From positions 1 to 64,000 of the forward strand of contig NW_026867470.1 in assembly GCF_020745735.1 (NCBI RefSeq): DNA of 64,000 bases, in the 5' to 3' direction. Under the pieces are notes generated by a model, which was not told where the DNA came from, did no database searches, and worked only from the letters and a program-made list of their open reading frames with translations. The stretch is from Hemiscyllium ocellatum. Taxonomy: Eukaryota. This document shows positions 36,295-49,439 of the stretch, piece by piece; the stretch's first letter is position 1, and every line of letters begins with the position of its first letter. A program made the translations under genes and the position numbers.

Positions 36295-37854
36295 CTGTTT
36301 CCCACTTTTACTGAAACACAGGAACAAACCCCAATTAAAAGGGTCATAAGGGTCAGTATGGTAGGGGAAGGCACAGATGGAGGGAATAGATAATAGTGAA
36401 GAAAGGATATGCCTAACAATGACCCACAGCGGGATGAGGTCAAACAGCCTTGTGAGGCCAGAAATAAGCATTTTGTCACAGACAAGGCTGGATAAGGCAA
36501 GAGATAAACAGGAGTAATGGGTACCGGTCTTAGGGAAGTGGAAGATGTAAACAGGGGAGGAGCAATGAAATAAAAAAATAGAAACCAAATTACATAAATA
36601 TTGTGTATTAGTTGAATTCAGTGTGTGTGTCCCTGCCTTGTGGACATGGACATCACACCATCTTGCAAGAGTAAAGTAAAGGGCACCACTGATTCAGATT
36701 TTGTCTCGGACTGAAATTATTGAAGTGTGTGAGCTTTGTTTCTCACAAGTGAACATCGTCCACATCCACCCCTCCACCCTTCCCTTCTGTACTTTTCACT
36801 TTGTGAAATCCGTGTTGCCAATAATCAGTTAAAAGAAAGATTTTTAAAAACTTTCTTAATTCATCTTGCTGATCTTGACTCAGTAAAGGTATGTTGCTGT
36901 CAGCATTTCTGGGGAACACGTCTGCATTTTTTTCATGTCAGTTAACAATGATATTAAGTCAAGAATTGTCAAAACGTCCTGAGAAACAACGTTTAGAAAT
37001 GGGCGTTCTGCCCCTACTTTTTTCCCCATAAGCCAGGATTTACAGCATTGGAGATCATATCTATGTTGATAATGGATTAGACCCTACACAATGTTCCTGA
37101 ATGTTTACTTCAAGTGCTATCACCTGCAGGGTTATGGACAACATGCTATAAAGTGGGTGTTGGCTGGAAGGTTCTGTTTTCACATGATACAGGTGTGATG
37201 GGCGAAGTGATCTCTCTCTGTCGTGAAAACTTCATCTTTCCTCAATTCATCTTTCCTACTTTGTCTCATTCAGAGGCTCTAATTCACATGATTCATACCG
37301 GAAATATTCCAAGCCTTCGGTTCAATGATATTAATAAACTCCACCTGACTCTCCAGCTAGCAATGTGGAAATTAATGGTCTAATTAATGGTGCCAGGCGA
37401 TGCCTGGGACAACATCACTTTATTCAACTAAAGTCAGCAATATACATTAACAATGTGAAAGGCACAAACTGTACTTTTACCCAGAGCAGCCAGTTACATC
37501 TGCATTCAGATACAAAATTCAGACCATTGCACAGAAGATAGACGAGCCCTCACAACGTTGGAAATGATTTTGTTTGATAAAACAGTCCATCCTAGACTTG
37601 CTTAGAACAACTCGTGATAACAAAATTGCTTGATTTTTTTTTGTGTGGGGTAACACATGAAATGTTACTGTATTCCGACTGATGTGAACCATTTGCACTT
37701 CAAGTTATTTGAAAACGTCCTTCAAAAAAAGATATGGGAACAAATTTTAGAAATCATTGATCAAAGGGATTTTTTTTGGACTCAAGGAAGATCCATAGTG
37801 ATATTTTGTAAATGTTTGGAGCTGTGATTGCTTCAAATTTTTAACTAAGACATT
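35034..37854. repeat. About 590-bp inverted duplication (35034-35627 vs 37274-37854)
   Basis: TATGGATCTTCCTTGAGTCC is matched by GGACTCAAGGAAGATCCATA, and CACCATTAATTAGACCATTAATTTCCACAT by ATGTGGAAATTAATGGTCTAATTAATGGTG. The arms are collinear throughout. Confidence 0.88.
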
Positions 37855-38379
37855 GGCATACAGTGGACGACATCACAATTTGCTGTAACATGAAACTCGC
37901 AACCACTGTGAACCATCGCCTGATGGTTCAGAATTTAACAAGGACCTAGCAAGGTTCGTGGAATGGACCGACGAGTGATACATGAAAATTAACAAAGGCA
38001 TTTCTGAAATGATTAATTTAGCTAGGAAGAATGTAGAGACTTCACATCTCTGTTTGCATTTCAATATACTATAAATTACTTTTCTATTATATCCTAAAAT
38101 ACTCGAGTCTTTGTTCATATTTAATACACTCTATCTTGTTCCGGGGTTAAGATAGTTTCTTTATTTATTTCACTCAAGACTGGATGCTGTACTTTTGCCT
38201 CAGTATTGACCAAACTCGGTTTGGTGCCAGCTTATATCACTTGAGCTGCTTTTTCAGGAAGTGAATCTCTCCACCTGTTAAGTCAAAATAATCTGTTCAT
38301 GCTTAGATTGAAATAAATCCTATTAATATCATCCCAAATTCAGACTCGGTTATTTTGTATTTATTCATTGGAATTGAAC

Positions 38380-39430
38380 AGGAATATGACCGGCTGTTCT
38401 TGGTGGAGTGGGAGGGGGAGTTAAAGTGTTCAGCCACGGGGCCGTGAGGTTGGTTGGCACGGGTGTCCCAGAGATTTTCTCTGAAATGATCCGCATGAGT
38501 GTCCTGTCTCCCTGATGCAGAGGAGACCACATCAGGTGGAACAGACACAGTGGATGACATTTGTGGAAGTATAGATAAGTTTCTGTGGGATGTGGAAGGA
38601 TCATTTGGGGCCTTGTTGGAGGTGAGGGGGAGGTGTGGGCGCAGGTTTTGCACTTCCTGTGGTGACAGGGGAAGGTGACAGGGGTGGGGAGTGGGCTGGT
38701 GGGGGGCATGGACCTGACGAGGGAGTCGTGGAGGGAATGGTGTCTCCGGAATGCAGATAGGTGTAGGGAGGGAAATATACCCTGAGTGATGGGGTCTGTT
38801 TACAGTGGTGGAAGCAGCAGAGGATGATATGATGTATGCAAGGTTGGTGCGGTGGAAGATGAGGACCAGGAGGGGTCCCTGTTGCGATTGGAGGGATGGG
38901 GTTCAAGGGCATCATCGACCACGTGGGAGGGGAAATTGCATTCTTTGATAAAGGATCTGGGATGTTTTATGGTGGAACTGGACCTCCTGGGAGCAGATGC
39001 GGTGGAGGCAGAGGAATTGAGAATAAAGGATGGCATTTTTACCTGAGGTCGGGTGGGAGGAGGTGTAGTCCAGGTAGCTGTGGGAGTCAGTGGGCTTGTA
39101 GTAAATGTTTAGTTGGTCACTGGAGATAGAGATGGAGAGGTCTAGGAAAGGGAGGGAGGTGTCCGAGATGGTCCCTGTAAGGTTTAGGTCAGGGTGGAAG
39201 GTTTTCATAAAGTTGATGAACTGTTCAACCTCCTAGTGGTTGCATGAGGTGGCATTGATACAGTCATCAATGTAGCGGTGGTAAAGGTGGGCAATGATAC
39301 CGGTGTAGCTGTGGAAGATTGACTGTTCCACATATCTGACGAAGAGGCAGGCATAGCTGGGGTCCATGGCTACCCCTTTGGTTTGGAGGAAGTGGGAGGA
39401 CTGAAAGGAAATGTAGTTGAGGTTGAGCAT
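38380..39430 (-). mobile_element. Decayed Penelope-like element (RT C-terminus plus GIY-YIG)
   Basis: ORFs give FLQTKGVAMDPSYACLF...YIDDCI, YKPTDSHSYLDYTSSHP and PVAEHFNSPSHS. Confidence 0.88.
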
Positions 39431-40539
39431 GTACTGCTTGGGTTGGCGTGACAGGAAGAAACTGAGGGCTTCGAGGCCTCCATCATGGCGTTTGGATGTG
39501 TACAGGGCCTGGACATTCTGTTCATTCTGGGGCTTATCAATAGCTTGCAGTTATTATGGAACTGCAAGGGCAGTGGCTGGGAACTCGGAGAAACCAATGG
39601 TTCAGTCTTCTGCTTGAAGCAAATTTTGACCAGAACATTTAAACACCACAAAGCTCACTGTAGGAAATGCCAGTGCTGCAACTTTTAATAATATTTGAAA
39701 CTTGGTTAAAAATAGGGATTTTTAGTTATAGTTTCTGAAATAATCAAGACAAGAATTAACTGTTAGAACAAGCTCTATCAAAGAGAGAAGATTTGCAAAG
39801 TTTGAAACCACACAGTGCTGTGGTTTATTTGAATTCAATGTTGGTCAGATTTAGATACAGCCAAGGTGATCTCTCCATATATTGATTCTGTTAATCGGAC
39901 ACACCAACATACCTGTCTGTACTAAACTGTATTATTTGTTTAGTTGATCAAAATTTAGGAAATAGATCAAACAGAATGTATTCGGCTGGGAAGGTGATGG
40001 ATACAGAAGACAGAATCAAAAGCTGGGAACATTAAATCTGAAGAGAGAGTAACAAGTAGTACACGATCAAAGACATGAAAAGGTGCATGTCAATGTGTTC
40101 CAGACATTAGTGAATCGAATGAGCTTGTTAGGTAGTCGAGAGACTCGTCCAACGACATCCTGGAATCAGACCGTGAAATAGAGATCGAAAGGTCGATTTG
40201 CAAATGTCACTTCAATGTGATCACTTCACACTCTGTGTCCTGATCTAGGCCACATTGGCAGGTGTTTCTGCCAGATTGTATCCCCTGGGTTTATTTTCTG
40301 ATCAGAAGTGAGATGTGTGGCTTGCTGCTGGCACATAGAAACAGGAAGTTGCGCGCCAGCTGAGAATGATACACCAGGCGCTACTTTCCGTATTATCAGC
40401 ACAGACAGTCTTCCTACCTCTGAGGGTGAACACACTGACAGTGTCAAGAACAAACAGACAGTTTGCTGTTGGTCTCAACATTGTATTCAATTCCATTCCC
40501 ATTTTCCAGAATGAAGCAGAAGAGATTATTTCAGCTAGA

Positions 40540-41340
40540 GTAAATTATCTGTCAGAGAGATAAGAAGAGATATCATCGGGTGAAAGGAGCGAAATGACAA
40601 TATGTAGTTTCGCTCATAAACCTATGTTTAAGAGTAGAAAGCTTGAGGGAAGGTAATAAATAAATCTAAGAGACAGCATTCATTAAAAGTTGGAATTGTA
40701 AGGTTTAAGCAATAAAATTCAGCAGGGCTTTGGTGGAAGTGAGACCATCTGGGAAGTGGTTGATTCTGTTTTCCGCAGAGGCAATGAGATGTGCCATCGG
40801 GTGTAAAAAGTGGATGTGATGCTTCTTGACTTCAATCAGGTTTTTGACCAGATCTTGCATCTTCAATATACTAAGGGTTCATGGGATCTGGTGCAGTTTG
40901 GCAAATGCATCGAAGGTTTATTTGTTGGCAGAAGGTAATGGTCGAAGGTAGTCATTGTGAAGACATCTTGTGTCCAGTGGCTTACTATACGACTTGGTGA
41001 TGGATCCTTTGCTGTTTGCAGCGTATATAAACGATCTAGTCAAGAATGTAGCAATTTTGATCAGTAAGTTCAAAGATGAGGTGAAAAACGTTTGGTTTTG
41101 CAATTAATGAGGAGGAAAGCCAGTGTGACATCGATGACCTTGCCTGTTGGAGAGAAGAATTGAAAACAGAACATTATATCCTAAAGTCTGTGAAGTAAAG
41201 CATTTTCAAGACTAACAAATGAAGTGAATATACGATGCATTGTTGGAATCTACAAATACAATGGATAAGCGATCTTCTGTTGTGCATATCCACATCATGG
41301 AGTGTGGGTTGGAGTTATAGTCTGGAGATATTGTGGCTAG
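40540..41340 (+). mobile_element. Highly decayed CR1-type RT fragment
   Basis: Residual VDVMLLDFNQVFDQI and sequence resembling the CR1 RT core. Confidence 0.55.
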
Positions 41341-41979
41341 ACCATTACTTTAGGAAACTGGGGTCTGAGCCTGCAGTGCTGCCACATCAAGTCATGAACT
41401 AAAGTTGATAATTAAACAACTCATTGAAAGAATAAGCTCCACAGATATCCCCTTGCTCTGCTTTGGAGAGCACAACACATCAGCGCAAAAGTTAAGGTTG
41501 AAGCATTCACAGCAATCGTCAGCCAGAAGTGCCAATTGTCTGATCCATCTCGGCATCTTCTATAGATCACCAATATTACAGATACCTGTCTTCAGGGAAT
41601 TCGCTTCTCTCCATGTGAAATCAAGGCACTGTTGGGCGGGGGGCACTGGTTACTGCAAATGCTATGGAGCCTGACAAAATTCTGGCAATAATACTGCTGA
41701 CTTGTGCTAGCCAAGCACTCCGAGTACAGCTACAATACTGGCATGGACAATGTGGAAAATAGGCCAGGCATGTCCTGTGCACAGAAAATAGGTCAAACCA
41801 CCGTGGCGAATTACTGCTCCATCAGTCCATGCTCAATCATGAGTTAGGTGTAGGAAGGTGCTTTCAACAGTGCTATCAAGCAGCACTAGCTCAGTAATAA
41901 CCTGCTCAGTGACATAAAATGTGGGTTACGCAAGGCCTACTCAGCTCATGACTGAATTACAGACTTGATTTAAACATGG

Positions 41980-42206
41980 CTTAAAAATGTGTTGCTGGAA
42001 AAGCGCAGCAGGTCAGGCAGCATCAAAGGAGCAGGAGAATCGACGTTTTGTGCATAAGCTCTTCTGAAGCCTGATTCCTGAAGAAGGGCTTATGCCCGAA
42101 ACTTTGATTCTCCTGCTCCTTTGATGCTGCCTGACCTGCTGCGCTTTTCCAGCAACACATTTTTAAGCTCTGATCTCCAGCATCTGCGGTCCTCACTTTC
42201 TCCGAG
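41980..42206 (+). mobile_element. Fold-back PLE mini-insertion, family A
   Basis: Inverted arms around CTGAAGAAGGGCTTATGCCCGAAAC (42078-42102). Exact TSD TTGATTTAAACATGG at 41965-41979 and 42207-42221. Confidence 0.88.
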
Positions 42207-43040
42207 TTGATTTAAACATGGACAAAGAACTGAATTCCAGAAATGAGGGAAGAGTGACAGCCCTTCACATTAAGGTCACATTTGACAGAGTGTGATATTA
42301 TGGAGTCCTAGCAAAACTGGATTCAAATGGTATCAGGTGACAACCTCCCTGCTGCCTGCAGTCAGACCTCACACATTGGAAGGTGGCTCTGCTTGTTAGA
42401 GGGCAGTCGTCTCAGCCAAAGCAAATCTCTGTTGGAGTTCCTAAAGAAAGTGTCCTTGGCCCAATCATGTTCAGCTGCTTCAGCAATGACTTTCCCTCCC
42501 TCAGAAGGTCAGAAGTGAAATCTGCATTGATCTCGCATTTTTTTTGTGACTGCTCAGTCCACATTCAAACGCAACAAAATCTGGACAATTTCCAGACTTG
42601 AGCTGACAAGTGGCAAATAGCATTCACACCACAAACCTGCGAGACAATGACCATTGACAATAAGAGACAATCTAACCAAAACCCCTTGACATTCAATAGT
42701 GTTACCATCACGGAATCCCTCACCATCGACATCCTGGGTTTTATTGTTCATTAGAAATTGAGCTGGACACTCCATATAAATACAGTGGTTGTAAGAGCAG
42801 GCCAGAGGCTAGGAATACTGCAGCGAGTAACTCACCCTCCTGACTTGCAAAGCCAACTGACTGTCTAAGAGACAGAAGTCAGGAGGGTAATAGCACAGCT
42901 CGCCCTTTGACTGGACAGGAGCACCTTCAACTGCACTCAAGAAGCTAGGCATTGTCCAGGACAAAGCATCCCACTTGATCAGCAGCACATCCACAAGCGT
43001 CCATTGCCTCCAAATCTGATGCTTAGTACCTGCCATTTGC

Positions 43041-43132
43041 TGAAAAATGTGTTGCTAGAAAAGCGCAGCAGGTCAGGCAGCATCCAAGGAGCAGGAGAAT
43101 CGATGTTTCGGGCATAAGCCCTTCTTCAGGCA
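43041..43132 (-). mobile_element. Single-arm PLE mini-insertion with hammerhead motif
   Basis: Minus strand CTGAAGAAGGGCTTATGCCCGAAACATC. Degenerate TSD TACCTGCC(A/G)T(T/A)TGC at 43027-43040 and 43133-43146. Confidence 0.75.
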
Positions 43133-43777
43133 TACCTGCCGTATGCACTATCTAAAATACTGCACTGCAGTAACTTAGCCACTTCCTTACACAGTACCTT
43201 CCCACTACCACTTGCATCTCGATGGATAAGAACAGCAGATACATGGGAACAGCACCATTGTAAACTCCTCTCTAAACTACTCAGCATCCTGACATGGAAA
43301 TATATCATCGATCTTTTACTGTAACTGGGTCAAAATCTGGAATTCCCTTCCTCAGGTCATTTTGGAACATGTTATTTCAGAAAGGCAGCTTTCTGCCATC
43401 TTCTGAAGGACACCTACCAACAACTAAAAGCAACCACCGTGTTCCATGAGTCAATAAAAAAATCATTGAGGCTAACATGACAGTTTGAGAAAGTGGTTAA
43501 GGAGGCATTATGAGCATGTAATAAGCAATCAAAAGGTTTGGAGTAAAGTTCCAGAATCAAACTATACCATAGTAGCTTCAATTAATGAAAGAGTATGAAA
43601 TGAAACTGCTGAAGTAACGAATGATAATCACAGACCTACCAAAGTTTTGAAGCATGTTACATGGTTCAGTATTATCCTTCAGAGGAGGATGTGCGACCTT
43701 CCTACCTGGCCTTCCCTACCTGTTCAACAAAAAGGCGATGGTTCCTTTCCTGTGCCGAACCTGACTAAGAAACCCAT

Positions 43778-43997
43778 CAGGAGAAAGTGAGGACTGCAGG
43801 TGCTGGAGATCTGAGTTGAGAGTGTAGTGCTGGAAAAGCACAGCAGGTCAGGCAGCATCCAAGGGGCAGGAGAATCAATGTTCCAGGCATAACAACTACA
43901 TCAGGTATCTTAATAAAGGCTTTATGCCCAAAACGTCGATTCTCCTGCTCCTCGGACGCTGCCTGACCTGCTGTACTTTTCCAGCAACACAGTCTCA
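43778..43997 (-). mobile_element. Fold-back PLE mini-insertion, family A, older
   Basis: Inverted arms, degenerate core, degenerate TSD ACTAAGAAACCCAT / ACTGAGAAGCCAT. Confidence 0.75.
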
Positions 43998-46479
43998 ACT
44001 GAGAAGCCATTTGGTTGTAATAAAGCTTCTTAAGAAAGATCAACCATAATTAGCCGAGCAAGATGGCAGGCCTCAAAAAGGGAGCTGATGACCATCTTCT
44101 TGGGATATGTGACTAACGCTTTCATAATTCAGTGAAGAAGTCAACAAATGCAAATGACGGTGAGTCAGGCTCTTCAGACAGATTTTAGATTGGTGATTGG
44201 ATGCAATGTGATGTTGCTGTGAACAGCAAGAGAGTTCTTGCCAGTATTCCGCTCCAATATTTGTTCATGATGTAAAGTGTCAGATTTCTTGCATTTCTGT
44301 GCTTTCTGCGCATTTCCAACATTAGGATCACAGTGATGATATCATGAGACCAGTATTCTCGAACTCCAGTTTGATGTTGAATGGCCAGGGTTTGGAATAT
44401 CATCGTTTTGCATTTGAGTGAAATTTGAATTTAAAGAAATCCTGGAATCAGAAAGGAAGGCAAATGATGACCATGTAACCCGAGTCAATGGAAAAATACA
44501 AAAACAGCTGGTTCACGAATGACAAGGCATCTGTCACATCTACATGGTCTGGCCGACATGAGATTCCAGACCCACTGGGAAGTAATTGACTGTGTTCTGA
44601 AGTGGCTTTAGCAAGCTATTCAATGGGCAGTTGGGGATAGGGACTCATTGCTGACCCTTACCATTAAGTAATACGTGTAACGAAACCTCGTAACAACTAT
44701 ATCAATTAAATGTAATTGTTGCGGCAGTTCCTGTATTTCACGTGAATATTCTAAATTTGCAGAATTTTCAGCACTGAATTGTTAACCTAAATAAAAGTTT
44801 TAAATTATTTATCTTTCAGAAATAAATAATATCTGTTGCAATTCGGCTTCATAAATTTTTATTCACTTCTGCAAATGGTCAACATTCTTAAAATAAACTT
44901 GTTTCGATTTGAAACTTACCAACAAATCACTTCATTCACCTGGCTTTGCTGCCATCATCACTTCCTTGAAGCCAATTAAGCATTTATGTAAATAAACACA
45001 GAAATAGAATTCTCAGAATAGATTACAGAACCACAAAACCCTCATTTATATTTCCCTACAAGCACAGCACACGAATTGTGGAAAAAATGCAAATAACTCA
45101 ATGGATTCCAATACTAATTGATGTTAGGACTTTTTAATACATAAGTTGTATGATTGTTGAATGACAGAGGTATCAATTGTCATGTTTAGTCAAAAAACTA
45201 TAATTAAGAGATACATTGGCACAGCTAATATTTCTGTGTCTCTTTTTCTCTCTTCCCCTCCTGCCTTCCCCCTTTTTTCTTTATCTCTGATGCCTTGTTT
45301 TGCCTCTCCACAATCGGACAATGTTTTCCCCAATAACATGAAGCCAACACCTCACCAACATTGCCTCTCAGCCAAATTCATCCATTTCTTTCGAGAGATT
45401 TGAGTTAGGACAGCAAGATTTTCTCATAAATCTGTCTGAGCATTGAGTGATCTGGAAACGCTTGATAGGAATGAGGCTGCAAGACTTTACTGTGTTAGTG
45501 TTTTCATTGTATCTCTGCACTATTATTCTTGTCTGAGGAATGTTTAATGGTTCAATGTAATGCATATTTATAATTAACCTTACGCTGCACATCTCATGGA
45601 AGGTTTAATATTATAGAGGTCAATTTATTCTGTATCACTCTGGGAGGATGTCTTTTAGGGAATCCTGGATGCAGCTCTACTCTGTGTCTAAACGAAAATA
45701 TATTTGACATGATTGCATTGGACAACACAATATAGAGGGAGATTTACCCAGCACATTACATGAGCTGTACAATCACAGAAAACATTTGATGTAGCCGTGT
45801 AAAGGGGTTTGAAGTCCTACCCACTGTCTTTCTGATTTTGAAATGCTTGACACCAGAATAAATGGGAACAACACTATGCATCGAAACTTTGTTATACAAG
45901 TAGACTATCATTTACAGGCACAGACATACGCACACACATAAGCAAATCATCTCTGAACAACCCTTGCAGTGTTTAATGGATGAGTACTGAGAGAGCTTTA
46001 ATATGCAATGTGTGTGTATTCCATGCAACACATGCTGACAGTGTGCTTGATATGGTAGTTTAAATGTAGTTTTGATCTGTCTTTAACCTTTTCTGTGACA
46101 GATGTGGTTGTGTTTGACAAATATTTAACAGAACTGAAGGACTATAAATGTAGTCACTGCATTAGAGGCAGAATGCAATGCCACCAAACAGTGAGAAAGA
46201 TGACCCCTGTCTTTTTTCATGATGAGGGGGGATTGAAGCAGCTGGGCTTCAAACATGGAGGTTAATTTAGATGAGACCTATATAATTCTGAAAAGACTAA
46301 CTTAGAGCAAAGGTCAATGAGAGGGAACCAGAAGCGGTCTGTTCAGCCAATGGGGTTTGGGCTTCCAAACAATGACATCACAGCTGAGCTGATAATCCTC
46401 ACCTCCATTTTTTCAGCGTTTAACTGTAAGCATTGGTTCAATTCCCAAATCAAAACCTGCCCATTTCAGCCTTCAAAAT

Positions 46480-47700
46480 ACTGAATGACCCAGCCTCGAC
46501 AGTGTTCTATGGAAACAAATTCCACAGATTCACTACATTCTGGGAGACAAAATTCTGTTCTGCCTGACATTTGTGACCTCTAATTCAGAGAGTTTACTCA
46601 CTGGCCCGAACCTCTCCCACAAGGGGAAACTACATTTCTGCATTTACACCATCAAGTTTCCTGAAAATAATAGATGTTTCAGAATGTCACCACTGAATCT
46701 TCTATGTTCTAATGAGTATAGGCCCAAACGACTCAGTCTCTACTCTCAAGACAGTCCCTCCATCCTCAGGATCAGTCGACTAAACCTCGTGTGGATTGTC
46801 TCACAGTCCAGTGTACCTTTTCTTTGTGAGATGAGTCCCAAGAACAGTCCACAGTATTCCAGCTGTGGTAAAAATAGAGCTTCTTTTCAGTTTTAACAAA
46901 CATTATAGTCATACAGATATCAGGCACAGAAACAGACCCTTCGGTCCAACTGCACTGCCCAGATATCCCAACCTGACTGAGTACCATTTGCCAAACATTT
47001 GGCCTATCTTTCTCTAAATGTTCCCTGTTCATACACCCATCCAGGTGCCTTTTAAATGCAGTAATTGAACCCACCTCCACCACTATCACTGGCAACTGTT
47101 TCCAGTCACACACGTGAAAAGGTTACCCCTCAGGTTCTTTTCAAACGTTTCTCCTCTCACCTTAATCTGCTGTCCTCTAGTTTTGGACTCTCCCACTCGA
47201 GGAAAAAGGCCTTGGCTATTCACCATATCAATGCCCTGCATGATTTTATAGGGTCTTGTTCAGGCCACTCCTCAGCCTCCTTTCCTCTCACTGTAGGGAA
47301 AAGAAAAGCCCCAGCCTATTCAGCTTCACCTGAAACCTTAAGCACTCCAGTTCCAGCATCATTCTTGGAAATCTTTTCTACATCCCCTCAAGTTTCACAA
47401 AATCCTTCATAGAAATGGTCAGCCAGATTTGTCTGTAATAATTCTAAACGTGGCCTCACAAATGTTCTGTACAGCTGAGAGATGACATCTCGACTCCTAC
47501 ACTTAATGTTATGACCAATGAAGGAAAGCATGCCAAACACCTTCTTCCCCACCCTGTCTACCTGCAACTCCACTTTCAAAGAATGATGCATCTGCTCCCT
47601 TTGGTTTCTTTGCTCAGCAACACTCCCCAAGGCCCAGCCATTAATTGTATAAGTCTTGCCCTGGTTTGCCTTACAAAAATGCAGCACCTCACATTTATTT
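46480..47700 (-). mobile_element. Several CR1 3' fragments
   Basis: ORF 47388 QLYRTFVRPRLEL and ORF 46772 3'-UTR-like text. Confidence 0.7.
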
Positions 47701-49230
47701 AATAAAGTTTGGGTTCATGAAAGGCAGGTCATGTTTAACTGATTAATTGGAATTCTTTGAGGTCATAATGAGTGTGGTAGACAATGGGGAACTGGTGAAC
47801 GTGGTGGATCTGGATTTCCAAATGGCATTCAGCAAGGTGCTGCACAAAAGAGGCGGCACGGTGGCACAGTGGTTAGCACTGCTGCCTCACAGCGACAGGG
47901 ACCTGGGTTCGATTCCCGCCTCAGGCGACTGACTGTGTGGAGTTTGCACGTTCTCCCCGTGTCTGCGTGGGTTTCCTGGGTGCTCCGGTTTCCTCCCACA
48001 GTCCAAAGATGTCAGGTGAATTGGCCATGCTAAATTGCATAGTGTTAGGTAAGGGGTATATGTTGGGGTATGGGTGGGTTTCGCTTCGGCGGGTCAGTGT
48101 GGACTTGTTGGGCCGAAGGGCCTGTTTCCACACTGTAAGTAATCTAAAAAAAAAGGCTGCTGCATAAGATAAAGATGCACAGTGTTACAGGCAATGCATT
48201 AGCATGGACAGAAAACTGGCTAACTAACAGAATGCAAAACATGGGGATAAATGGGTGTTTTTCTGGTTGGCAATCAGTGGCGAGTGGTGTGTTTCAGGGA
48301 TGAGTGTTGGGACTGCAATTGTTTACAATTCAGGTCGATTGCTTCGAGTTAGAGATCCAAGTGTAGTGTGTTGTAGTTCGCAGAAGGCACTTAAATGAGT
48401 GATAGAGCAAAGTGTGCAGGAGGATATAGACAGGTTAAGTGAGTGGGCAAGAGTCTGGCAGATGGAGTACAATGTTAGTAAACGTGAGGTCATCCATTTT
48501 GGGAGGAATAATAACAAACAGAATGCTGCTGTGCAGGGGGACTTGGCTGTTCTTGTGCATGAAACACAAAAGTATGGTTTGCAAGTACAGTAGCTAATTA
48601 GGAAGACAAATGGAATAGTGTCCTTCATTGGCAGTGGATAGAGTTTAAAATTAGGACTTTCTGCTGCAGCTGTATAGGGCGCTGGTGTGACCATGCCTGG
48701 AGTACTCTGTACACTTTTCATCACCTTACATGAGATGGCATTGGGGTGGGGTTTGCTGAGGAGGTTGATTATGTTGATTGTGGAAATGAGGGGGTTGGCT
48801 TGTGAGGAGAGATTGAGCAGACTGGGATTATACTCATTGGAATTCAGAACAATGTGGGAGGGGGGTTGTAAAATTATAAATGGGATAGATAAGACAGAAG
48901 CAGGGAGGCTATTTCCACTGGTGGGTGAAATTAGAATGACGGGGCATAACCTCAAAATAAGGACAACAGATTTAGGACTGAGTTGAGGATCAACATCTTC
49001 ACCCAAAGGGTTGTGAAGCTGTGGAATCCCCTGCCTAGTGAAGCAGCTGAGGCCAACCTGTTGAATGGTTTAAAGGTAAAATAGATTTTTTAACAGTAAA
49101 GGAATGGAGGGTTATAGTGAGCGGGTGCGTAAGTGGAATCTTAGTCCATTGAAAGATGATCCATGATGATATTGAAAGGCAGAGCAGACTCGTGGGGTCA
49201 GATGGCCTACTCCTGATCGTATTTCTAATG
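47700..49230 (+). mobile_element. CR1 RT/3' fragment split by a SINE
   Basis: FQMAFSKVLHK before the SINE resumes as RLLHKIKMH after it. Confidence 0.85.
47851..48150 (+). mobile_element. Young full-length V/HE1-type tRNA-derived SINE
   Basis: A box TGGCACAGTGG, B box GGTTCGATTCC, A-rich tail and AAAAG duplication (47846-47850 and 48151-48155). Confidence 0.9.
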
Positions 49231-49439
49231 TTTGGATGTTGTTATGTTCTAACAGGCCTCCAATCCAAAACGTAATGCTCTCTGACTACTATGTAAAAAC
49301 TGAAAGAGCAGTGGATGCTGTGTATCAGAAACAAAAACGGAAACTGCTGGAAATGTTCAGAAGGTCTGGCAGCATCTCTGGCGTGAAAGGCTCACCAGTT
49401 TATGGTTCCCTGGCTTTTCCACACAACTTTCTTCAATAA

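Larger units (their letters stand above)
41700..43420 (+). mobile_element. Decayed CR1/L2-clade LINE 3' half, interrupted by two PLE mini-insertions
   Basis: RT-like GVPKESVLGPIMFSCF in ORF 42383. Its flanks are duplicated around the inserts. Confidence 0.65.

Noticed and set aside
47851-47925. tRNA-like sequence
   Set aside because: It is a SINE head with A and B boxes continuing into the SINE body, with no complete cloverleaf.
48323-49006. 227-aa minus-strand ORF
   Set aside because: Antisense of the CR1 RT/3' fragment.
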